A DNA stretch of 64,000 bases from Octopus sinensis. Its lineage: Eukaryota. The notes beneath the pieces were generated by a model, which was given only the letters and a program-made list of their open reading frames with translations, ran no database searches and had not been told where the DNA came from. The translations under genes were made by a program, and so were the position numbers. The stretch is taken from NCBI RefSeq assembly GCF_006345805.1, contig NC_043024.1, forward strand, positions 8,494,001-8,558,000. The letters run 5' to 3'. Below are positions 1 through 12,205 of this stretch, in pieces (the first letter of the stretch is position 1; every line of letters begins with the position of its first letter).

Positions 1-2382
1 ACCCTGGTTGAAAACCACTAATATATATATATATCAGTGCTTTTCAAACTTTTTGCTGGAGCGGAACCCCAGGAAACATTCCACTGGCTCGAGGAACCCC
101 TGTGCAATAATTTAATAGTCCTATGCACACATATCTGCACAGGAGAATTAAAAATTACTGCCGATTTTAGCAGTTTTGTAACTTCTTGCGGAACCCCTGG
201 ACTGTACTGGCGGAACCCTGGTTGAAAACCACTAATATATATATTATATCAGTGCTTTTCAAACTTTTTGCTGGAGCGGAACCCCAAGGAAACATTCCAC
301 TGGCTCGAGAACCCCTGTGCAATAATTAATAGTCTTATGCACACATATCTGCACAGGAGAATTAAAAATTACTGCCGATTTTAGCAGTTTTGTAACTTCT
401 TGCGGAACCCCTGGACTGTACTGGCGGAACCCTGGTTGAAAACCACTAATATATATATATATATCAGTGCTTTTCAAACTTTTTGCTGGAGCGGAACCCC
501 AAGGAAACATTCCACTGGCTCGAGGACCCCTGTGCAATAATTTAATAGTCTTATGCACACATATCTGCACAGGAGAATTAAAAATATACTGCCGATTTTA
601 GCAGTTTTGTAACTTCTTGCGGAACCCCTGGACTGTACTGGCGGAACCCTGGTTGAAAACCACTATATATATATATATATCAGTGCTTTTCAAACTTTTT
701 GCTGGAGCGGAACCCCAAGGAAACATTCCACTGGCTCGAGGAACCCCTGTGCAATAATTTAATAGTCTTATGCACACATATCTGCACAGGAGAATTAAAA
801 ATTACTGCCGATTTTAGCAGTTTTGTAACTTCTTGCGGAACCCCTGGACTGTACTGGCGGAACCCTGGTGAAAACCACTATATATATATATATCAGTGCT
901 TTTCAAACTTTTTGCTGGAGCGGAACCCCAAGGAAACATTCCACTGGCTCGAGGACCCCTGTGCAATAATTTAATAGTCTTATGCACACATATCTGCACA
1001 GGAGAATTAAAATTACTGCCGATTTTAGCAGTTTTGTAACTTCTTGCGGAACCCCTGGACTGTACTGGCGGAACCCTGGTTGAAAACCACTAATATATAT
1101 ATATATCAGTGCTTTTCAAACTTTTTGCTGGAGCGGAACCCCAAGGAAACATTCCACTGGCTCGAGGAACCCCTGTGCAATAATTTAATAGTCTTATGCA
1201 CACATATCTGCACAGGAGAATTAAAAATTACTGCCGATTTTAGCAGTTTTGTAACTTCTTGCGGAACCCCTGGACTGTACTGGCGGAACCCTGGTTGAAA
1301 ACCACTAATATATATATATATCAGTGCTTTTCAAACTTTTTGCTGGAGCGGAACCCCAAGGAAACATTCCACTGGCTCGAGGAACCCCTGTGCAATAATT
1401 TAATAGTCTTATGCACACATATCTGCACAGGAGAATTAAAAATTACTGCCGATTTTAGCAGTTTTGTAACTTCTTGCGGAACCCCTGGACTGTACTGGCG
1501 GAACCCTGGTTGAAAACCACTAATATATATATATATCAGTGCTTTTCAAACTTTTTGCTGGAGCGGAACCCCAAGGAAACATTCCACTGGCTCGAGGAAC
1601 CCCTGTGCAATAATTTAATAGTCTTATGCACACATATCTGCACAGGAGAATTAAAAATTACTGCCGATTTTAGCAGTTTTGTAACTTCTTGCGGAACCCC
1701 TGGACTGTACTGGCGGAACCCTGGTTGAAAACCACTAATATATATATATATCAGTGCTTTTCAAACTTTTTGCTGGAGCGGAACCCCAAGGAAACATTCC
1801 ACTGGCTCGAGGAACCCCTGTGCAATAATTTAATAGTCTTATGCACACATATCTGCACAGGAGAATTAAAAATTACTGCCGATTTTAGCAGTTTTGTAAC
1901 TTCTTGCGGAACCCCTGGACTGTACTAGCGGAACCCTGGTTGAAAACCACTAATATATATATATATCAGTGCTTTTCAAACTTTTTGCTGGAGCGGAACC
2001 CCAAGGAAACATTCCACTGGCTCGAGGAACCCCTGTGCAATAATTTAATAGTCTTATGCACACATATCTGCACAGGAGAATTAAAAATTACTGCCGATTT
2101 TAGCAGTTTTGTAACTTCTTGCGGAACCCCTGGACTGTACTGGCGGAACCCTGGTTGAAAACCACTAATATATATATATATCAGTGCTTTTCAAACTTTT
2201 TGCTGGAGCGGAACCCCAAGGAAACATTCCACTGGCTCGAGGAACCCCTGTGCAATAATTTAATAGTCTTATGCACACATATCTGCACAGGAGAATTAAA
2301 AATTACTGCCGATTTTAGCAGTTTTGTAACTTCTTGCGGAACCCCTGGACTGTACTGGCGGAACCCTGTTTGAAAACCACTG
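1..2382 (+). repeat. Tandem array (11 complete ~215-bp units plus a partial one, open at the left edge) of a 201-bp hAT-type MITE joined by (TA)n spacers
   Basis: Unit starts (CAGTGCTTTTC) at 35, 250, 465, 681, 894, 1107, 1322, 1537, 1752, 1967 and 2182. Units are near-identical. The last unit ends in an intact ...AAAACCACTG at 2382. The same element occurs solo at 11758-11958. Confidence 0.95.
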
Positions 2383-2462
2383 CGTTACTGTATAGAATTG
2401 GTAGAGCATCTGTTAAAAATACCTCGTGCTAGTTGGTCGTGACCCTTTATATTTATATATAA

Positions 2463-2683
2463 CCCTTTAGTACTTTAAACAGGCTATATCCGGCCCAATT
2501 ATGCTTCCTGCTTTATGCTCTAACTAGCCAGATCAAACCTATCACGCCTACCCTTCCATGCCATTCTAGAAATATACAATCTCATCATTAAAACTTTATA
2601 GCTACAAAATAAAGCATGATTAATTATAAACAATGTCAATGAAAAAGCATTTCATTTGACAAAATAATCTGAATACGAAAGGG
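2463..2683. mobile_element. piggyBac-type MITE (~220 bp)
   Basis: (T)AA|CCCTTTAG...CGAAAGGG|TTAA ends. Related copies at ~42277-42489 (opposite orientation) and ~58320-58544; fragments at ~6570-6660 and ~33640-33770. Confidence 0.7.
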
Positions 2684-2784
2684 TTAAACCCTGTTGAGGA
2701 CGGCTTTGCCCTTCATGGTTGGAAAGCATGTTTGTTAACCACACAGCCACACCCGTGCATTTGGGCCATACTTACACCTTACCT

Positions 2785-3198
2785 GTTACTCTCTCTTTAC
2801 TCTTTTACTTGTTTCAGTCATTTGACTGCGGCCATGCTGGAGCACCGCCTTTAATCGAGCAACTCGACCCCGGGACTTATTCTTTTGTAAGCCCAGTACT
2901 TATTCTATCGGTCTCTTTTTGCCGAACCGCTAAGTTACGGGGGACATAAACACACCAGCATCGGTTGTCAAGCAATGCTAGGGGGACAAACACAGACACA
3001 CAAATACACACAGACATATATATATATATATACATATATACGACAGGCTTCTTTCAGTTTCCGTCTACCAAATCCACTCACAAGGCTTTGGTCGGCCCGA
3101 GGCTATAGCAGAAGACACTTGCCCAAGGTGCCACGCAGTGGGACTGAACCCAGAACCATGTGGTTGGTAAACAAGCTACTTACCACACAGCCACTCCT
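2785..3198 (-). mobile_element. SINE family A (tRNA-derived, internal (TA)/(TG) microsatellite), representative - strand copy
   Basis: Head GGAGTGGCTGTGTGGT (A-box-like)...GGGTTCAGTCCC (B-box-like); tail ...CAGTCAAATGACTGAAACAAG(TAAAAGAG)n. About 20 copies, e.g. 4335-4751(-), 4984-5585(+), 6690-7060(+), 10630-11062(-), 22325-22690(+), 27075-27410(+), 28141-28530(+), 28945-29395(-), 41765-42150(-), 43240-43640(-), 60004-60640(+). Confidence 0.9.
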
Positions 3199-4269
3199 GT
3201 TGCTACAGAAACTCGGTAGAGCAATTGATAAAAACGCTTTGTGCTATTTAGTTGTGGCCTTTAAATTTCTAAGTCCAAATCCTGCTGTGGTCAGCTTTGC
3301 CCTTCATGGTTGGAAAGCAAGCTTGTTATCAACATGACCACACATACACCTTTGGGTCACATTTGTGCCTTAGGGTCACACCTGTGCCTTAAGGCCACAC
3401 CATCTTTATGATAGTGTGGCCTTAAATGCAGCAGCAGCACCACCACCACCACCATCATCATTAGCAAGGCTGTGAGTTGGCAGAATCGTTAGCACATTGG
3501 GTGTAATGCTTACCTCTCACTGAGGTCACCTTTGTCTTTTATCCTTTTGGAATCGACAAATTAAGTCCAGTTGAGTACTGGGGTTGATGTGATTGACTGA
3601 CTCCCTCCCCACAAAATCCAGGTCTTGTGCCTATAGTAGAAAAGATCATCATCATCACCACCACCACCAAAAACAACTACTACTACTACTACTACTACTA
3701 TTATTATTATTATTATTATTATTAGCAAGGCAGCAAACTGGCAGAATCATTAACATGCTGGGCAAAATGCTTTCGTCCGTCTTTACATTCTGAGTTCAAA
3801 TTCGGCCTTTCACCCATCCAGGGTCAATAAATTGAGTACCACTGGGGTTGATGTAATCGATTAGTCCCCTCCCCCAAAATTTTAGTCCTTGTTCCTATAG
3901 TAGAAAGGATTATTATTATTATTATTGTTATTTCCATGGTAATATTTCACTATGGATGACAGTAATTGAAGAAAATCACTTGTACGATGGTGATACTTAT
4001 TTTCAATCATCACATGATGCTAAGACCAGAGTAAACAGAAACAACCACAAGATGGGCTTTAATAGAGTTTCTCCCTACAAAATCCACTCACAAGGCTTTG
4101 GTTGGCCTGGGGCTATAGTAGAAGATACTTGCCCAGGGTACTGCCCGGTGGGACTGAACCCATGAACACACGGTTGAGAAGCAAGCTTTTTAGCCACACA
4201 GCCATGCATGTACCTAAGACAAAAGGGATAAAAACACAAATTATAATTTTAAAAAAACCCAAACATAAT

Positions 4270-4330
4270 GGCGGTGCCCCAGCATGGCCAAGCTTGTGAG
4301 CTGAAACTAGATAAAATAAAATAAAATAAA
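4270..4330 (+). mobile_element. ~60-bp tail-only retroposon with (TAAAA)n tail
   Basis: GGCGGTGCCCCAGCATGGCC...GCTGAAACTAGA(TAAAA)n. - strand copies at ~20755-20821 and ~41185-41244. Confidence 0.65.
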
Positions 4331-4538
4331 ATAATACTCTCTCTTTTTCACTTGTTTCAGTCATTTGACTGCGGCCATGCTGGAGCACCGCCTTTAGTCG
4401 AGCAAATCGACCCCGGGACTTATTCTTTGTAAGCCCAGTACTTATTCTATCGGTCTCTTTTACTGAACCGCCAAGTGACGAGGACGTAAACACACCAGCA
4501 TTGGTTGTCAAGCAATGCTAGGGGGACAAACATATACC

Positions 4539-4584
<46 letters not shown>

Positions 4585-7272
4585 CATATATACGACAGGC
4601 TTCTTTCAGTTTCCGTCTACCAAATCCACTCACAAGACATTGGTCGGCCCGGGGCTATAGCAGAAGACACTTGCCCAAGATGCCACGCAGTGGGACCGAA
4701 CCCGGAACCATGTGGTTGGTAAGCGAGCTACTTACCACACAGCCACTCCTGAGCCTATTTTATTCATTTTTCATTTATTTCGTCATATGCCAAGAATTGG
4801 GATCACTCTTCTGCAATGAGGTCATCAACCCAATTCTCATGTAGGTCAAGTCACTTGCCAGAGAATCTCTTGAAATATTTCCTTTTAAAATAGGTTTAAA
4901 TTCTTTTACTCACGGAATTGTTTTTCAGTGATATTCATGCTGTCATTTCTAAAGTCTTCTCATTGATTCCTACATATATATGTAGGCGCAGGAGTGGCTG
5001 TGTGGTAAGTAGCTTGCTTACAACCCACATGGTTCCGGGTTCATTCCCACTGCGTGGCGCCTTGGGCAAGTATATTCTACTATAGCCTCGGGCTGACCAA
5101 AGCCTTGTGAGTGGATTTGGTAGACGGAAACTGAAAGGAGCCTGTCGTATATATGTATATATATATATATTTATATATATATATAGGTGCAGGAGTGGCT
5201 GTGTGGTAAGTAGCTTGCTTACCAACTACATGGTTATGGGTTCAGTCCCACTGCGTGTCACCTTGGGCAAGTGTCTTCTACTCTAGCCTCAGGCCAACCA
5301 AAGCCTTATGAGTCGATTTGGTAAACAGAAACTGAAAGAAGCCCGTTGTATATATGTATATATATATGCATGTGTGTATAAGTTTGTGTCTGTGTTTGTC
5401 CCCCCAACATCGCTTGACAACTGATGCTGGTGTGTTTGTCCCCATAACTAGCAGTTTGGCAAAAGAGACTGATAGAATAAGTACTAGGCTTCCAAAGAAT
5501 AAGTCCTGGGGTCGATTTGCTCGACTAAAGGCAGTGCTCCAGCATGGCCACAGTCAAATGACTGAAACAAGTAAAAGAGTAAAAGTCGACCTCAGTGGAA
5601 TTTGAACTCAGAACGTAGCGACTGCCAAAATATGGCTAAACATTTTGCCTAACATGCTAACGATTCTGCCAGCTCGCTGTCTTGTTTATCAATAACAATA
5701 ATAACAGCAATAGCAACCTCCACTCTTGACTAACACAATTGCCACCCATCGCTACTATCTGCCACAACCATTACCTGGTCACTGCAATTTAGAAATAGCA
5801 ACCAAATTTTCCTCAAATCATACCCTGCCAACTTTGAAAGGGATAGATAGATTCGATAATTTAGTCATCATCATTATCATCATCTAATGTCTGTCTTCTG
5901 TGCTGGCATGGGTGGACAGTCCAGTATGATCTGATGAGTAAGAGGACGTCATTGTGCTCCAATGTCTACTTTGGAAAGCTTTCTACAACTGGATCCCTTT
6001 CCGAATACCAACTATTTTACAGAGTGTACTGGATGCTTTTTTTTCATGGCACCAACACCAGTGAGGTCACTAAACCATGAACAGAACATCTCAGTAAAAA
6101 ATGCAGAAGTGCTGTGGTCTTGGTTTTTCAAAATTTTCAAGTAAGAATCTGAGGCTGGCACATTCTCGACACCAAGAAATATTTCAATCTATTCATTAAT
6201 TAATTTTTCGTTTGAAAGTGACCTCTAATTATCAATGTTGTATTTACCAATATCCAGTTACCAATATCATATTTTTCTATATACAATTATCAATATCATT
6301 TCGTTTTTCTGAATCTCTTAACCCATTCAGACTGTTGTTCTTAGTTTAATTTCAAATTTGATGCTCAGCCAAATTCCTGATTTACCGATTTAGCAGGAGT
6401 TGGCAAGCCCCTCGTTAAAAATCTGGTCAAACTAAAATTAGATCAAGCTAATTAGAATAAAAGCAGGTCTTCAGTGCAGAATTCAACTGGTAACAAACGT
6501 CTGCTCACAGATTGTGCTATTTTAGGTGTTGTTTTGAGTAATTTTTTTTTCCAACTTTCGGCCACATTCGGCCCTTTAGCATTTAAGCTGGCCAAATCTA
6601 CCCCAAATATTGTACATGTTTATGTTCAAACTAGCTAGATCTGGCCTCTCACACATACCATACAATTCCATTTGAGAAGAAACAATTACATAGGTGCAGG
6701 AGTGGCTGTGTGGTAAGTAGCTTGCTTACAAACCACATGGTTCCGGTTTCACAGTGTGACACCTTGGGCAAGTGTCTTTTACTATAGCCCCGGGCCGACC
6801 AATGCCTTGTGAGTGGATTTGGTCGACGGAAACTGAAAGAAGCCTGTCGTATATATATATGTATGCATATTTGTGTGTGTGTCTGTGTGTTTGTCCTCCC
6901 CCTCCAACATTGCTTGACAACCGATGCTGGTGTGTTTATCTCCCCGTAACTTAGCGGTTCGGCAAAGGAGACCGACAGAATAAGTACTAGGCTTACAAAG
7001 AATAAGTCATGCGGTGCTCCAGCATGGCCACAGTCAAATGACTGAAACAAGTAAAAGAGAGTATACAAGTGGCCCTCAAACAAATTTTCTGTGATTAAAG
7101 TGGCCTGCAATATAATTCGAATTGGCCAGGCCTGGTTTAAACCCTGGTAAACTTCGATTCAGCAGAACTATAATCAGAAGCATTCCAAATGTGGCCAACC
7201 CATCTTTTATCCAGCCATTACACATCTAAAACATCCCAGATGTAACCTGTTTAGTATATCTGTGACTACATT

Positions 7273-7875
7273 AGGGCGGCGAGCTGGCAGAAACGTTAGC
7301 ACGACAGGCGAAATGCGTAGCCGTATTTCGTCTGCCGCTACGTTCTGAGTTCAAATTCCGCCGAAGTCAACTTTGCCTTTCATCCTTTCGGGGGTCGATA
7401 AATTAAGTACCAGTTACACACTGGGGTTCATGTAATTGACTTAATCCCTTTGTCTGTCCTTGTTTGTCCCCTCTATGTTTAGCCCCTTGTGGGCAGTAAA
7501 GAAATAGGTATTTCGTCTGCCGTCACGTTCTGAGTTCAAATTCCGCCGAGGTCGACTTTGCCTTTCATCCTTTCGGGGTCGATAAATTAAGTACCAGTTA
7601 CGCACTGGGGTTCATGTAATTGACTTAACCCCTTTGTCTGTCCTTGTTTGTCCCCTCTGTGTTTAGTCCCTTGTGGGTAGTAAAGAAATAGGTATTTCGT
7701 CTGCCGTTACGTTCTGAGTTCAAATTCCGCCGAGGTTGACTTTGCCTTTCATCCTTTCGGGGTCGATAAATTAAGTACCAGTTACGCACTGGGGTCGATG
7801 TAATCGACTTAATCCGTCTGTCTGTCCTTGTTTCCCCCCCCCCTATGTTTAGCCCCTTGTGGGTAGTAAAGAAAT
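7273..7875 (+). mobile_element. SINE family B trimer (one full head plus 2 head-truncated units)
   Basis: Head GGCGGCGAGCTGGCAGAAACGTTAGC...GAGTTCAAATTCC (A/B-box-like). Flanked by the 18-bp direct repeat TATATCTGTGACTACATT at 7255-7272 and 7875-7892. Confidence 0.9.
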
Positions 7876-8573
7876 ATATCTGTGACTACATTCTTGAATG
7901 TGTCCTTCCTATTTTCCTTTCCCCAGAGAGTAGAGTGTGGTCTGATTTGGTTGCTATTTCTAGCAGACGACATGGTTACACAGGAGACTTGCTCATCAGT
8001 GCCAGGTTATGGCTTTATTGATCAATGTGACATTGTCAGAACAAAACTGTTGAGAGAAAGTGTCATTTGTTGTTGTTGCTGCTGCTGCAGCTGCACTTTA
8101 CTGGTCACTGACCTTTGCGACAATGTACAAGCAAAGACTGCATGCGCACACACACATGCGCACACACACAACTATACACATACACGTTTTGAATACACAT
8201 ACATATGCACATCTTTATGCATATACTCACACTCAATCATGCGTACAGACAAGCACACACACACACACATTGCCGCACTCACGTGTGCATTCGCATACAC
8301 ATGTGCACCGACTCACACATACACTTACACACACACACATATATGCACCTGCATACACACACTCACATGTACATGCATGCACTCGCACACATACACACTA
8401 CACATTCACATGCAAAAGCATATATAAACATGTGAATGTACTCGTGCGCATATATACCCACACTTATGCAGATATATAACTGCACACATATGCATACCCA
8501 TACGTATATAAACATAAAGGCTACAAACTACACACACATAGCAATGTTTGACGAGCGACAGATATCCTGTTAG

Positions 8574-9540
8574 AGGCGGCGAGCTGGCAGAAATGTTAGC
8601 ACGCCGGGCAAAATGCTTAGCGGTATTTCGTCTGCCGCTACGTTCTGAGTTCAAATTCCGCCGAGGTCGACTTTGCCTTTCATCCTTTCGGGGTCGATTA
8701 AATAAGTACCAGTTACACACTGGAGTCGGTATAATCTACTTAATCCATTTGTCTGTCCTTGTTTGTCCCCTCTATGTTTAGCCCCCTGTGGGTAGTAAAG
8801 AAATAGGTATTTCGTCTGCCGTTACGTTCTGAGTTCAAATTCCGCCGAGGTTGACTTTGCCTTTCATCCTTTCGGGGTCGATAAATTAAGTACCAGTTAC
8901 GCACTGGAGTCGGTATAATCTACTTAATCCATTTGTCTGTCCTTGTTTGTCCCCTCTATGTTTAGCCCCCTGTGGGTAGTAAAGAAATAGGTATTTCGTC
9001 TGTCGTTACGTTCTGAGTTCAAATTCCGCCGAGGTCGACTTTGCCTTTCATCCTTTCGGGGTCGATTAAATAAGTACCAGTTACACACTGGAGTCGGTAT
9101 AATCTACTTAATCCATTTGTCTGTCCTTGTTTGTCCCCTCTATGTTTAGCCCCCTGTGGGTAGTAAAGAAATAGGTATTTCGTCTGTCGTTACGTTCTGA
9201 GTTCAAATTCCGCCGAGGTCGACTTTGCCTTTCATCCTTTCGGGGTCGATTAAATAAGTACCAGTTACACACTGGAGTCGGTATAATCTACTTAATCCAT
9301 TTGTCTGTCCTTGTTTGTCCCCTCTATGTTTAGCCCCCTGTGGGTAGTAAAGAAATAGGTATTTCGTCTGTCGTTACGTTCTGAGTTCAAATTCCGCCGA
9401 GGTCGACTTTGCCTTTCATCCTTTCAGGGTCGATTAAATAAGTACCAGTTACGCACTGGAGTTGGTATAATCGACTTAATCCATTTGTCTGTCCTTGTTT
9501 GTCCTCTCTGTGTTTAGCCCCTTGTGGGTAAAAAGAAAAG
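8574..9540 (+). mobile_element. SINE family B pentamer (184-bp period)
   Basis: Units end at ~8805, 8989, 9173, 9357 and 9540. Flanked by AGATATCCTGTTAGAGGC at 8560-8577 and 9541-9558. Monomers occur elsewhere: 28620-28845(-), 44130-44360(-), 55715-55935(-), 59460-59690(-). Confidence 0.9.
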
Positions 9541-9624
9541 AGATATCCTGTTAGAGGCTTTGCTTCTTTAAACAAGGTTAACAGCGACAGCTTTGGACTT
9601 TGTCGAATTTGTTTTCTACATCTT

Positions 9625-10155
9625 TTTGGAAGTATGCTATACATGAGAAGACCCGTGACATCTACCTGGGATGTAGCCAGCCCACTTATGCATACCTTTC
9701 CTTCTTGGGACACAAAATTCTACTTGTGAAGACCTGTTGAGGCAAGTGAAAATCAAAATCGTCATCGATCAACATCAGTGGAATTTGTAGCTGTGATACC
9801 AATGCCGGTGGTACGTAAGAGAACCATCTGAACATGGCCGAAGCCAGCGCCGCCGTGACTGGCCTCCGTGCCGGTGGCACGTAAAAAGCACCATCCGATC
9901 GTGGCTGTTGCCAGCCTCGTTTGGTCTCCATGCCAGTGGCATGTAAAAAGCACCATCCGATCGTGGCCGTTTGCCAGCCTCGTCTGGCACATAAAAAGCA
10001 CCCACTACACTCACGGAGTGGTTGGTGTTAGGAAGGGCACCCAACTGTAGAAACACTGCCAGATCAGACTGGGCCTGGTGCAGCCTTCTGGCTTCTCAGA
10101 CCCCAGCTGAACCGTCCAACCCATGCTAGCATGGAAAGCGGACGCTAAATGATGT
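9625..10155 (+). mobile_element. RTE-clade LINE 3' end/3'UTR (family C) with internal ~60-bp VNTR and (GAT)n tail
   Basis: Conserved GGTTGGYGTTAGGAAGGGCA...CCATGCTAGCATGG (palindrome)...AAA(C)GATGAT. The 5' part (WKYAIHEKTR) resembles the RTE ORF end seen at 57800-58005. Other copies: 14600-15050, 19345-19760(-), 19990-20700, 34170-34435(-), 36640-36935(-), 39660-40010, 47350-47725(-), 48085-48665, 54865-55285(-), 59155-59427, 62165-62350, 62895-63280(-). Confidence 0.75.
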
Positions 10156-11757
10156 TTTTTATTCTCCAGTCGGTTTTTCTGTTTCTTTTGTATCATTCTG
10201 AAGCATTAAAAATAAATAATGGGGTCAATTTATTCGGCTAAACCCTTCAAGACAGTGCCCCAGCATGGGCCCAGTTTGAAGACTGAAACCAGTAACAGAT
10301 AAAAGATTGGCAACGAGTTTGTCAGATCCAGCCCCAGGTATGAATCTTACTGTGGTCCCATAGTGAACTTAATATAATCTTGAATATAAATTGTGTTCCA
10401 TATTTCTTTTGCTTTAGACTCGAAATTCCTGTAGAGAGTAATAAAATATCTTTTCCCAAAGGAAATCAGTTCGTTATTTTCATTTTCTTATCAATAACGA
10501 ACATCCAATTAATATCGTGTGGATTGTAATGAAATTAATGTCCGAGAGATACTAAAGCAAAACAGAAATAAAAATATATAAACCCTACAAAAAAGCCACA
10601 AAAAATAAATATAATCTCTTTGTTATGTATGTGTGTGTGTGTGTATATATACTCTTTACTCTTTTACTTGTTTCAGTCATTTGACTGCGGCCATGCTGGA
10701 GCACCGCCTTTAGTCGGGCAAATCGACCCCGGGACTTATTCTTTGTAAGCCCAGTACTTATTCTATCGGTCTCTTTTGCCGAACCGCTAAGTGACGGTGA
10801 TGTAAACACGCCAGCATCGGTTGTCAAGCAACGCTAGGGGGACAAACACAGACACACAAACACACATACATATAAATATATATATATATACATATATACG
10901 ACAGGCTTCTTTCAGTTTCCGTCTACCAAATCCACTCACAAGGCATTGGTCGGCCCGGGGCTATAGCAGAAGACACTTGCCCAAGATGCCACGTGGTGGG
11001 ACTGAACCCGGAACCATGTGGTTGGTTAGCTAGCTACTTACCACACAGCCACTCCTGCGCCTATATATATTATATATATATTTATTGAGTCATTCCATAA
11101 ATAATGGGTTTTTTTAGTCTTTTATTTTTCAGAATTAAGATAAACAAAGTTCTTTTTTAATCTAAAGTATACTCTCCTTCATTTTCTACATTGCTCTGCC
11201 ATATATCTGGTAGCTTTGTAGGGCCCCTCTTCCAAAATTCACTTGCCAGTGACAAAAAATATTCCTCCGGTACTGTTCTGACCTCGCCTACAGATGGGCA
11301 AGTGTCTTCTACTATAGCATCGGGCCGACCAAAATCTTGTGAGTGGATTTGGTAGACGGAAACTGAAAGAAGCCCATCGTATAATTGTCATTATCATTTA
11401 GCGTCTGTTTTCCATGCTGCCATGTGTCAGATGTTTTGGCTGGAATTGGTAAGCTGGAGAGCTGTATCAAGCTCCAATCTAGTTTGGTTTGGTTTCTACA
11501 GCTGAATGTCCTTACTGCCAACCACTCCAAGAGTTTAGTGGGTGTCTTTTACAGGACACCAGCTCAGGTGTCTTATGTGTGTGTGTGTGTGTGTGTGTGT
11601 GTTTATCCCCCACCGCTGTTTGACAGCTGATGTTGGCGTGCTTATGTCCCTGTAACTTAGCGGTTCAGTTACAGATTGATAGAATAAGTACCAGGCTTCA
11701 AAAAAATATGGAATAGTGTTCATTTGTGTGACTAAAATTCTTGAACATAGTCTAATG

Positions 11758-11958
11758 CAGTGCTTTTCAAACTTTTTGCTGGAGCGGAACCCCAAGGAAA
11801 CATTCCACTGGCTCGAGGAACCCCTGTGCAATAATTTAATAGTCTTATGCACACATATCTGCACAGGACAATTAAAAATTACTGCCGATTTTAGCAGTTT
11901 CGTAACTTCTTGCGGAACCCCTGGACTGTACTGGCGGAACCCTGGTTGAAAACCACTG
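11758..11958 (+). mobile_element. Solo 201-bp hAT (Charlie-like) MITE
   Basis: TIRs CAGTGCTTTTCAAAC / GGTTGAAAACCACTG (13/15 match). Perfect 8-bp TSD GTCTAATG at 11750-11757 and 11959-11966. Four internal GGAACCC motifs. Confidence 0.93.
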
Positions 11959-12205
11959 GTCTAATGACTGAAGCCTGTAAAAAATAAAAGATTATTTTCA
12001 AAATTAATTGAAATAAAATGCTGTGTAATTAAACAGCAGAAATCTGATAACAAAAAGGTTTAACAATTTCAGGCTTATTTTTAATAATTAACACTGGCAT
12101 TAATTAGAATATTGTTTTTGTAGTTGCTGACATTAAATTTAAAATTTGTTTTTTTTGTTAATTTCATTTTGAGTAAATTTTCTTTTTGTTTCTTTTTCTT
12201 TTCAG

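Noticed and set aside
37-2373. Repeated 62-103-aa ORFs (MRNPWTVLAEPW...)
   Set aside because: Translations of a 215-bp non-coding MITE array; no domain signature.
5931-5960. CTGATGAG motif as a hammerhead core (also at ~27024 and ~53007)
   Set aside because: No stem II followed by GAAA and no stems I/III; the 53-kb instance is inside RT coding sequence.
1-9540. CRISPR-like appearance of the tandem arrays
   Set aside because: Units are 168-215 bp with no unique spacers and no cas genes, in a eukaryotic intron.
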